This document shows, one piece after another, positions 1-7,444 of a stretch of DNA of 40,080 nt (within the stretch, counting starts at the first letter, position 1; the number at the start of each line of letters is the position of its first letter). A model generated the notes under the pieces. It saw only the letters and a program-made list of their open reading frames with translations, was not told where the DNA came from and ran no database searches. Source of the stretch: Candidatus Woesearchaeota archaeon (GTDB lineage: Archaea > Nanobdellota > Nanobdellia > Pacearchaeales > GW2011-AR1); contig CAYLLR010000002.1 of NCBI GenBank assembly GCA_964384965.1, positions 1-40,080 on the forward strand, written 5' to 3'. Position numbers and translations under genes: made by a program.

Positions 1-396
1 ACGGGAACCGAGATAAAGCGAATCTATGAAGAAATAGAAAATTCAGATTTAAACGACGGACTTGATTTAATTGAGGGGATAACCACCGAAAGTTTAGGAC
101 AACTTAAAGAGGATATTGATTATTTTCTTGGCGAAGAGGAAGAGGAGAAAGAAGAATCTAAAAAGAAAGAAGGTTCAAATCCCTTTCTTGCCCTTTTTGG
201 ATTTTATAATGAATCTAAGGAAAAAAGGAAAGATAAAACTGAAAAAGGAAAGATTCGTGGAGTTTACCCAAAACAATTAAAATGGTACGAAAAAGAATAT
301 TTTATTCCCACAATCGAAAAGAATGCAGAAGAAATTACCAAAACAATTTTTGAATTATATAAAAAAGCTCATGGGATGAGTGCTTTTCCAGCATGA
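1..396 (+). CDS. hypothetical protein, C-terminal part (5' end lies outside window)
   Basis: Frame 1 is open from base 1 to TGA at 394-396 (...KQLKWYEKEYFIPTIEKNAEEITKTIFELYKKAHGMSAFPA*). It has an E/K-rich linker and no recognisable family motif. Confidence 0.45.
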   Translation, partial: TGTEIKRIYEEIENSDLNDGLDLIEGITTESLGQLKEDIDYFLGEEEEEKEESKKKEGSNPFLALFGFYNESKEKRKDKTEKGKIRGVYPKQLKWYEKEYFIPTIEKNAEEITKTIFELYKKAHGMSAFPA

Positions 397-422
397 TAAA
401 TAAAAATTTCTGGTGATTTAAA

Positions 423-941
423 ATGGATGAAAAGAAAAAGAAATATTCTGATGAGGAAATTTCTCAAGACTGGTTTGAAGACCATGAATCTTATGATGAA
501 GAGGAAGAGGCAAAAGAATTTCTCGAGGAAGAAACGAATGAAATATTGGAAGAGGATGAAGAATTTAACCAGCGAGTGAGACATTTTTTAGCAAATCAGA
601 AAAAGGATGTTTCCTTAGAAAAAATGCTCGAGTTTACCGAGAATTCTTTTAAAGAAAATTTACCCCAACCAAAAGAAAGTATGGAAAAGACAGAAAGCAA
701 TATTGATTATTTGGCAGGAAATAAAATTGATGAAATGAAATATGAGGTTTTTGAGCCAGATACAAAGTTTTCTAGGACAGACCTTTCAAGTTCAGAAAGA
801 ATTTTGGAAGAACAAAAAATGCTTTACAAACATCTTAAATCTTCAGGTGGTGAAATGATTGGAGAGAAAAAATCGGAATGGAAGCCTACAGATCCGGAAC
901 AAACAATGAAAAAAGATTATTTCACTAAAAAAAGAATTTAG
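423..941 (+). CDS. acidic hypothetical protein
   Basis: 172-aa ORF starting 27 nt after the preceding stop on the same strand. Very acidic N-terminal half (DEEEEAKEFLEEETNEILEEDEE). No family recognised. Confidence 0.5.
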   Translation: MDEKKKKYSDEEISQDWFEDHESYDEEEEAKEFLEEETNEILEEDEEFNQRVRHFLANQKKDVSLEKMLEFTENSFKENLPQPKESMEKTESNIDYLAGNKIDEMKYEVFEPDTKFSRTDLSSSERILEEQKMLYKHLKSSGGEMIGEKKSEWKPTDPEQTMKKDYFTKKRI

Positions 942-1069
942 GTATCAAATCAATTTCCTTTCATTTTTATAATTCATTCTCAAAAAATAAATTCCCGAGG
1001 AAAAATTCCCAATCTCAATTTAAATCTTATCAATAATTTAATAAATGTCTTTCTCTTTAATTTTTTAAG

Positions 1070-2917
1070 GTGAAAATGGCAAAATCAAATTATACGATTG
1101 AAAATTTTTATGAACCGGGATATGCATCTTTTAAACCAAGCGAAGATAGTCCTTATCTGGGGAAGCAAGGACTAATTCCTGCTAATCAATTGGGATTGAC
1201 AACTGACCCAAGGGTTGCAAATCAAATTGCAGCATTAAGTCAATCTCTAAATCAGGGAGTCTCTGTTATGGAAATTGGAACTATCTCTCCCCAAGTTTTT
1301 GAGACAATTCCTAAACAACATTTTGCAGAAATGAGAAGAAAGGCAAAATTAGCAGGAGCAGAGGTAACACTTCACGCTCCAATACAAGGAACAGACCCTG
1401 CGGGATTTGGAGAAAGAGGGTACGACGAGTCAAATAGGGAATCTGTTGAAAGGCAACTAAAAGATGTCGTCGAGAAAGCAATATTGCTCGATGAAAAAGG
1501 GAATATGCCTATTACAATTCATGGGTCAAATGCTGCAGGTTCAACTTTTAAATATATCATGGATAAGGAAACCGGAAAAAGAAAAAAAGTAACAGATATG
1601 CTCATTGCCGTCGATAGAGAGACTGGGCAACTAATCCCAATAAAGGAAGAGATAAAGTTTTATGCTCAGCCAAAGATAGACGAAAAAACTGGGGAAGTTT
1701 TAAATTTTTCCATAAATAAAAATCATTCTCCAGAGGAACAGTTGGAAAATCATAATTCAACAAAATGGTTAGATAGTTTACAAAAAGTTGAATTTGAAAG
1801 GGAAAATGCTGAAAAATTAATAAAAGATGTTGATCCAATGGTTCAGATGGGAATTCTTAGCAATTCTTTAACTCAACAAACTCCTGAAATTGAAAGTGCA
1901 AAGCAAAAAATATATTTTGCGGAACAGCATCTTCAAGAAGCTTCGAGAGTTGCACAGATGGAATTTAGTAGAGCGTATAAGATTGCCAAAGAAAAAGGTG
2001 ATGAAGAACAAATAAATAATTTAAATAAAATTTCTGAAGAGTATGCTAAAAATTTAAGTATTGTCAAAGGAAAAAAGATCCCATTAGAATCAAGTTTACC
2101 ATTTGTTCAGTCTCAGGCATTGGGAAAATTAATTGATGGTTTAAGAGGAATTAAAACACCAGAACAATTTGTTCCGATTGAAGATTTTTCAATAGATAAA
2201 GCTTCAGAAACCTTCTCAAATGTTGCAATACACGCATATGAAAAGAAGGGTGAAAGAGCCCCTGCACTTTCAATTGAAAATCTCTACCAAGAAATGGGGT
2301 TCTCCCAAGGAAAGGATTTAAAAAATCTTGTAATGAAATCAAGAGAAAAATTTGTTGAAAAATTAGCAAAGCAAAAAGGAATTTCAAATTCAAAAGCAGA
2401 GCAGATTGCTTCTAAATTGATTGGGGTAACTTTTGACGTCGGTCACCTTAATATATCAAGAAAAGCGGGTTTTAATGAAAAAGATTTAGTTAAAGAGGCA
2501 AAGGAAGTTTCCAAATTTGTGAATAAAGTTCATTTAACTGATAATTTTGGATTTAATGATTCTCATCTTCCCCCCGGAATGGGAAATGTTCCTTTTCAGG
2601 CACTTTTAGAGGCCCTCGGCGAGAAAGGTGCAAAAGCAATCAAAATAAATGAAGTTGGAGGTTGGTTTGAACATTTTAAATCCTCTCCATTTCCTCAGAT
2701 TTTGGAAGCTTATGGTTCTCCAATTTATTCGTCTGGAACAGGGCCTTACTGGTCGCAGGCCGGAGGGTTTCAACAAAGTTACATGGAAGGATATGGACAA
2801 ATGTTACCCCAAATAAATTACCAAACCTTCGGAGCAGGATTTTCTCAACTTCCACAAAATCTTGGAGGGCAGCAAGGACAACAGGGAGGGGGAAGAATGG
2901 GCGGAGGAGGATTTTAG
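1070..2917 (+). CDS. xylose isomerase-like TIM-barrel (AP endonuclease 2 fold) protein with large internal insert and G/Q-rich C-terminal tail
   Basis: Ordered barrel motifs seen: VMEIG, TLHAP, ITIHGS, LSIENL, FDVGHLN, VHLTDNFGFNDSHLPPGMGNVPF. About 250 aa of helical K/E-rich sequence lie between IHGS and IENL. The tail is GGQQGQQGGGRMGGGGF. AGGTGA lies just upstream of the ATG at 1076; the track start is GTG at 1070. Confidence 0.6.
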   Translation: MKMAKSNYTIENFYEPGYASFKPSEDSPYLGKQGLIPANQLGLTTDPRVANQIAALSQSLNQGVSVMEIGTISPQVFETIPKQHFAEMRRKAKLAGAEVTLHAPIQGTDPAGFGERGYDESNRESVERQLKDVVEKAILLDEKGNMPITIHGSNAAGSTFKYIMDKETGKRKKVTDMLIAVDRETGQLIPIKEEIKFYAQPKIDEKTGEVLNFSINKNHSPEEQLENHNSTKWLDSLQKVEFERENAEKLIKDVDPMVQMGILSNSLTQQTPEIESAKQKIYFAEQHLQEASRVAQMEFSRAYKIAKEKGDEEQINNLNKISEEYAKNLSIVKGKKIPLESSLPFVQSQALGKLIDGLRGIKTPEQFVPIEDFSIDKASETFSNVAIHAYEKKGERAPALSIENLYQEMGFSQGKDLKNLVMKSREKFVEKLAKQKGISNSKAEQIASKLIGVTFDVGHLNISRKAGFNEKDLVKEAKEVSKFVNKVHLTDNFGFNDSHLPPGMGNVPFQALLEALGEKGAKAIKINEVGGWFEHFKSSPFPQILEAYGSPIYSSGTGPYWSQAGGFQQSYMEGYGQMLPQINYQTFGAGFSQLPQNLGGQQGQQGGGRMGGGGF

Positions 2918-3089
2918 AGTTTCTAAAACATTGAAACCAATCCTATACAAGGGTCTTCTTTTAAATGTTCTTTGTGATTTTAGATAAAATAGACAATAAA
3001 ATTAAATTTTTTAGAGGGACACCTCTAAGGTAATCTTACAATTAATTCCTAATATTTAAATACTCTAAAATATATATTAAAAAGTAAAG

Positions 3090-4004
3090 ATGGTAAAAAA
3101 GAATCTAAAAAAAAGTTCTAAGAAGGTCAAGAGGGGAAAAGTTTCAAAGGTTGGAGAACGTAAAAAGAAAGCTCTGAAAAAATCTTCTAAAAAAGTTAAT
3201 CCTCCGAAAACTTTTAAACTAAAAACAGACCACGAAATTGCGACGGACTTTGCGGTTAAGGCCTATAAGAAGTTTGATAAAATAATTAAGTCAATTGTGC
3301 TTTTTGGGTCTGTCGAAAAAAAGAAAGTTTCATTAGGTTCTGATTTGGACATCATAATTATTATAGATGATGTATCCCTGAATTGGGACCAAGAACTAAT
3401 TGCATGGTATAGGGAAGAGTTAGATAAACTTTTACAATCAAATCCCTACCCCGCAAAAATTCATATAAATACTATTAAATTGAGTACATGGTGGGATGAT
3501 TTAATGAAGGGGGACCCGGTAGTTCTCAACATAATAAGGAGTGGTTTTCCGGTTTTAGATAGTGCCGGTTTTATAGAACCTTTAAAATATTTGATGGCAA
3601 GAGGAAAAATTAAAGGAACCCCCGAAGCAATTTATCAGGCACTCCAAAGAGCTCCAGGTCACCTCGCAAGGAGTAAAGCGGCTGAACTTGCGGCAGTTGA
3701 TGGAGTTTATTGGTCGATGGTGGATGCTGCACATGGCGCCCTAATTTCAGCAGGATATTTTCCTCCGTCCCCCGAACATGTAATGGTGGATTTAAAAGAA
3801 GCATTTGTAGATAGAGGGGTTTTAAAAATGAAATATGTTTCGTGGTATAAAGACATATATTATTTACATAAAAAAATTGACCACAAAGAAATTTTAGACC
3901 TTAAAGGTGTTGAAATAGATATGTGGCAGGAAAGGGCTGAAGAATTTATGAAAGTTATGGTTGATTTGGTTGAAAAAATCATTAATTCTAAAAAAAGGGA
4001 TTAA
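3090..4004 (+). CDS. nucleotidyltransferase-domain protein (Pol-beta/MNT-KNTase-like) with lysine-rich N-terminal tail
   Basis: Minimal NTase motif LFGSVEKKKVSLGSDLDIIIIIDD (G-S...D-x-D) followed by an all-alpha C-terminal domain. Clear paralogy to the C-terminal half of the 7445-9280 product (KGTPEAIYQAL.../KPSPEAIDMFM..., SAGYFPPSPEHV/LGGFPPPTSKEL). Confidence 0.7.
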   Translation: MVKKNLKKSSKKVKRGKVSKVGERKKKALKKSSKKVNPPKTFKLKTDHEIATDFAVKAYKKFDKIIKSIVLFGSVEKKKVSLGSDLDIIIIIDDVSLNWDQELIAWYREELDKLLQSNPYPAKIHINTIKLSTWWDDLMKGDPVVLNIIRSGFPVLDSAGFIEPLKYLMARGKIKGTPEAIYQALQRAPGHLARSKAAELAAVDGVYWSMVDAAHGALISAGYFPPSPEHVMVDLKEAFVDRGVLKMKYVSWYKDIYYLHKKIDHKEILDLKGVEIDMWQERAEEFMKVMVDLVEKIINSKKRD

Positions 4005-4040
4005 TTTTTCACTTATAAAAAGAACGTTAAGAATAAAACG

Positions 4041-4385
4041 TTATTCCTCTTTAGAGTTTTTCAACACTTTTGAATAATTTAAACAAATTTTTTCTTTACT
4101 AATATCGCAATACCATTTGGGAATTATAAAATTTCCTTTATTTTGCCTCTCCCCTATTAATTCATAGGCAATTTTTACCCTTCTTGAAGTTGGAAAAAAT
4201 CCAAGGAGGTTTGATAAAACTCTTATGGTTAATGAATCATCTTTTTTCATAAGTTTATTTATCTCATAACCTTGTATAATATCAATTAAACCATAATCTC
4301 CCCTCTTATCAATCCTTTTTCTTGTTCTGCCATAAAGATAATTATTAATATTCTCTAATTTTAAAATTTTCTTTATTCCTTCCAT
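4041..4385 (-). CDS. hypothetical protein (third gene of a tight 3-gene operon)
   Basis: 114-aa ORF starting 10 nt after the stop of 4396-5067 on the same strand. No motif recognised. Confidence 0.45.
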   Translation of the reverse strand: MEGIKKILKLENINNYLYGRTRKRIDKRGDYGLIDIIQGYEINKLMKKDDSLTIRVLSNLLGFFPTSRRVKIAYELIGERQNKGNFIIPKWYCDISKEKICLNYSKVLKNSKEE

Positions 4386-4395
4386 TTTTCAAGAA

Positions 4396-5067
4396 TTATT
4401 CTTTTTTCGGAGTGGGAATTTCAATCGTTTTTACAATATTTTCTAAATTAGTTTTCTTCCTTTTTGAAATAGTTTTATATTTAAGGGTTTCCAATTTTAA
4501 ATCGTGTAACTCTTGTGAAACTTGCATAAATGTTTCATATTTTTCGTAAGTTTTTTTTGCATTTTCAATCTCTTCTTTTTTATATGCTTCCCCTTTTTCT
4601 GCTGAATCAATTATCTCACTTGCTTTGACAAATTCGGTATAGATTTCCCCATATTTTTTATCCTTAAAAGAGTCATAAACAAAATTTATTTTTTTTCGAA
4701 TTTCTGGCGACAATTTTTTTGTTTCATCACCATAAAACTTGTATAATTTTTCAATTTTTTCTTCATACATTGCTAATTGAGATTCTTTAGAGAAAATTTT
4801 TATTGCCTGTTCTAAAGCATATGGGGACGATTTAGCCATTTCCGGATTAATAAATAAGTCATATAACGCTTCGCCTGAGTGAACTCCTCCTAAAAGTGTG
4901 ATTGCTAAAGATTTTTTTTCTTCACTTAAGCTTAATTTCCCTCCAATATTAACAAAGCAATCCCTCATTGCAGCTTCGGCAAGAAAATATTTTTCATAAT
5001 TACTTTTTGGTTTTTGATTGTAATTTTTTCCTTCCATTTTATCTTCCCCTCTTTCCAAAATATTCAT
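4396..5067 (-). CDS. hypothetical all-alpha protein
   Basis: 223-aa ORF. A more likely start is the ATG at 5037 (MEGKNYNQ...), 1 nt after the stop of the upstream ORF. The sequence looks helical and K/E-rich. No family recognised. Confidence 0.5.
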   Translation of the reverse strand: MNILERGEDKMEGKNYNQKPKSNYEKYFLAEAAMRDCFVNIGGKLSLSEEKKSLAITLLGGVHSGEALYDLFINPEMAKSSPYALEQAIKIFSKESQLAMYEEKIEKLYKFYGDETKKLSPEIRKKINFVYDSFKDKKYGEIYTEFVKASEIIDSAEKGEAYKKEEIENAKKTYEKYETFMQVSQELHDLKLETLKYKTISKRKKTNLENIVKTIEIPTPKKE

Positions 5068-5266
5068 TTAAATTTTCGTCTATAATTTCATAAAAAAACT
5101 CTGAAGGAGTTTCATCTTCAAACCTATTTGGATTAGAATACTTCATTTTTGGAGAAACATTGGTATAAAAAAGAAAATAATCCTCGGAGTTTGAAAATAA
5201 TTCAAATTCCTTAGATAGAACTTTCTTATTTATAATTTTTCCGATTAATTGACTTTCTTTTTTCAT
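5039..5266 (-). CDS. small hypothetical protein
   Basis: 75-aa ORF whose stop (5039-5041) abuts the ATG at 5037 of the next gene. This translational-coupling geometry supports it being a real gene. Confidence 0.4.
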   Translation of the reverse strand: MKKESQLIGKIINKKVLSKEFELFSNSEDYFLFYTNVSPKMKYSNPNRFEDETPSEFFYEIIDENLNEYFGKRGR

Positions 5267-5332
5267 ATTAAACTTATAATTTTAAACTTTATAAATCTTT
5301 CTATTTTGTAGTATCTAAATAATGGTAACAAA

Positions 5333-5884
5333 TTAGCATTTATTTAAAGAAAGATTTTCATAATCAGTTCTTATCTTCCCGGGGAGTTTCGGATTAACCT
5401 GCTTAATTAATTTCCTTGCAAATATGACAGCTTTTTCGTTAGCAACAGCAATAATAAAAATTTCCTTTCCAGGTTTCAAAATCGCAGATTTTCCCATAGA
5501 TTTTCCAAAAGCTAATTGCATTCCAGTTTGCATACGGTCAGCCCCTGCACCCGTAAGCATTTTGTTTTCTCTTTGAATATGGTGCGGAAAAGGAACGACT
5601 TTAAACATATATTGCCCTCCGAACTCTTTATCAAGCTTTTTATTAAGATATTGTCTACAAGCTTCAAAAGCATTATGTCTTATCTGAACTTTTTCTGTGG
5701 AAATGACCTTTAATATATGTGGAAGTTTTCCCTCCTTATAAAGAGCGATTTTTCCCATTTCAAATTTTACAATTTTCTGTTGTGGAACAGTTTTGATGTA
5801 AGATTTTTGCCTTCTTTTAGAAACCCTTGTGAAGGGGGTAACTTTCTTTTTTGAATATGCATATGCTTTTCTTAATGTTCCCAT
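5333..5884 (-). CDS. rpl10e: 50S ribosomal protein L10e (uL16)
   Basis: The N-terminus RKAYAYSKKKVTPFTRVSKRRQKSY, together with FPHHIQRENKMLTGAGADRMQTGM, is characteristic of archaeal/eukaryotic L10e. Confidence 0.9.
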   Translation of the reverse strand: MGTLRKAYAYSKKKVTPFTRVSKRRQKSYIKTVPQQKIVKFEMGKIALYKEGKLPHILKVISTEKVQIRHNAFEACRQYLNKKLDKEFGGQYMFKVVPFPHHIQRENKMLTGAGADRMQTGMQLAFGKSMGKSAILKPGKEIFIIAVANEKAVIFARKLIKQVNPKLPGKIRTDYENLSLNKC

Positions 5885-5885
5885 T

Positions 5886-6158
5886 TTATTTTATATTGAC
5901 TTTTGTTGTAATGGATTGACCAGGTAAACCTTTTTCGAAAATTGCCCTCACAACCCCTTTTTTACCGTGCGGAGCCGAAATTTTTCCCCTAATTATTTTT
6001 CCAGCTGAAGATTTCCATTCAACTTCTTTTCCAATTAATTTTGAAGCTTCTTCCCTTGATAAAATTCCTTCTATTTCAATTAAAAATTGCCTTTCGTGGA
6101 TGGTGTGTCTCCCTCTTCGAAATTGCAAAACTTTTCCTGTTATCATAACAATTATCAA
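5886..6158 (-). CDS. rpl35ae: 50S ribosomal protein L35Ae (eL33)
   Basis: GKVLQFRRGRHTIHERQFLIEIEG...GKEVEWKSSAGKIIRGKISAPHGKKGVVRAIF matches the L35Ae pattern. The stop lies 1 nt from the L10e start. The true start may be the internal ATG at 6146. Confidence 0.85.
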   Translation of the reverse strand: MIIVMITGKVLQFRRGRHTIHERQFLIEIEGILSREEASKLIGKEVEWKSSAGKIIRGKISAPHGKKGVVRAIFEKGLPGQSITTKVNIK

Positions 6159-6200
6159 GAAAATTAGTTTAAAAAACCTTCGTTCAGGTTTCCAATTTTT

Positions 6201-7319
6201 TCATTGATTTTTTTCCAAAACGTAAATCATCCTCCCAACAATCTGGTTTTCTCTAAATTCGGGAAATCCTTTTCCAATAGGAAAATATCCCGTGTTAGAG
6301 CAAATTTTTTCTATGTTGCAATGAACTCTTCTTTTACCAATCCTAATATATGGAGAACTAAAAACAATTTTTCCAGAAATACTTTTTTTTAAATTATTAA
6401 TTGTCTTAACCATTAAAGACTCAAACTTTTTTAACATTTCTCGGGCTTTTTCTTCCGTCGGGATTTTTTTTAGAATTTCTCCCAGGTCAGGTTCGGTGAC
6501 TACTACGGAAACTTTTGGAATTTCAACATTCATTGAATCAGAATTAATGAGGGAATAATTTTTTTCTGAAAAGTTGAGCCATTGGAGGTTTTTCTTTGCA
6601 CCTTTAATTGCATCCTTGTCTTTATCAATTCCTATAACTTGAAAATTCTGCAGAAGTGCTTCTTGCAAAATTGTTCCAACACCACAAAAAGGGTCAAGCA
6701 AGAATTTTCGTTCGTCAACTTGTGAAAGATTTATCATTATCTTTGCTAACCGTGGGGAAATAGCCAAAGATTCCCGTCTTACAGGTTTTTCTATATCTCT
6801 TTTTTCAATGGAAGAATAATCACATTTCTCAATAATTTCTCCAAAGTAGGTAATTTTTTCCTTATCAAAGGCAAAATATTCTTTATTGATTAATTTTGAA
6901 GAGGGTTTCCTTGCGTTTTCCCCTCTCTGTAACTTCACATTTCCGCTAAGGTGTTTGAAAATAGCTTTTATTTTTTCTTTTTTAAATCTTCTCTTTAAAT
7001 AGTCTTGTATTTTTTCATAATTTTTCGAAAAATTCCAAATGGTGTAAGTTAGTTTATTTTTATTTCCGGAGTATAATATTCTCTTTTCAAGATTTCTTAT
7101 AATTTCTTTTTCTCCTCCAGAAGTCAAAATTTTTCCAATCGAGATAACTCCTCCAAAATTTTTGATTATTTTCTTTTCTATTGGTTTTTCTAAATCAATA
7201 AGCAAGGCATTTTTTCTAATTAAATAATTTAAAATTTTATTTTTAGAATTTTTAAAATAAGAAAAAACTTCTGCTTTTGATAGTTCGGGATTTCTCCCCA
7301 ATATAAATAAATATTTCAT
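6201..7319 (-). CDS. Trm11/Trm-G10-like RNA (guanine-N2) methyltransferase
   Basis: N-terminus MKYLFILGRNPELSKAEV is typical of Trm11-family N-domains. SAM motif I is LLDPFCGVGTILQEA. The motif IV position reads VVVTEPDLGE instead of the usual D/N-P-P-Y/F. The gene lies upstream of the L35Ae-L10e pair on the same strand. Confidence 0.6.
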   Translation of the reverse strand: MKYLFILGRNPELSKAEVFSYFKNSKNKILNYLIRKNALLIDLEKPIEKKIIKNFGGVISIGKILTSGGEKEIIRNLEKRILYSGNKNKLTYTIWNFSKNYEKIQDYLKRRFKKEKIKAIFKHLSGNVKLQRGENARKPSSKLINKEYFAFDKEKITYFGEIIEKCDYSSIEKRDIEKPVRRESLAISPRLAKIMINLSQVDERKFLLDPFCGVGTILQEALLQNFQVIGIDKDKDAIKGAKKNLQWLNFSEKNYSLINSDSMNVEIPKVSVVVTEPDLGEILKKIPTEEKAREMLKKFESLMVKTINNLKKSISGKIVFSSPYIRIGKRRVHCNIEKICSNTGYFPIGKGFPEFRENQIVGRMIYVLEKNQ

Positions 7320-7444
7320 ATAACATAAAAGAGGATGGTTGTTTTTAGAACTTTTGATTAAAAAATAATTTCAAATTATTTTTATTTAATAATTTATTTT
7401 CCTTAAATTTTGAAATCTAATCATACCAAGAATATTTTTTAATT

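Noticed and set aside
369-584. 71-aa minus-strand ORF spanning the junction of the first two plus-strand genes
   Set aside because: F/I/L-rich antisense shadow of acidic coding sequence. It crosses an intergenic gap and has no support.
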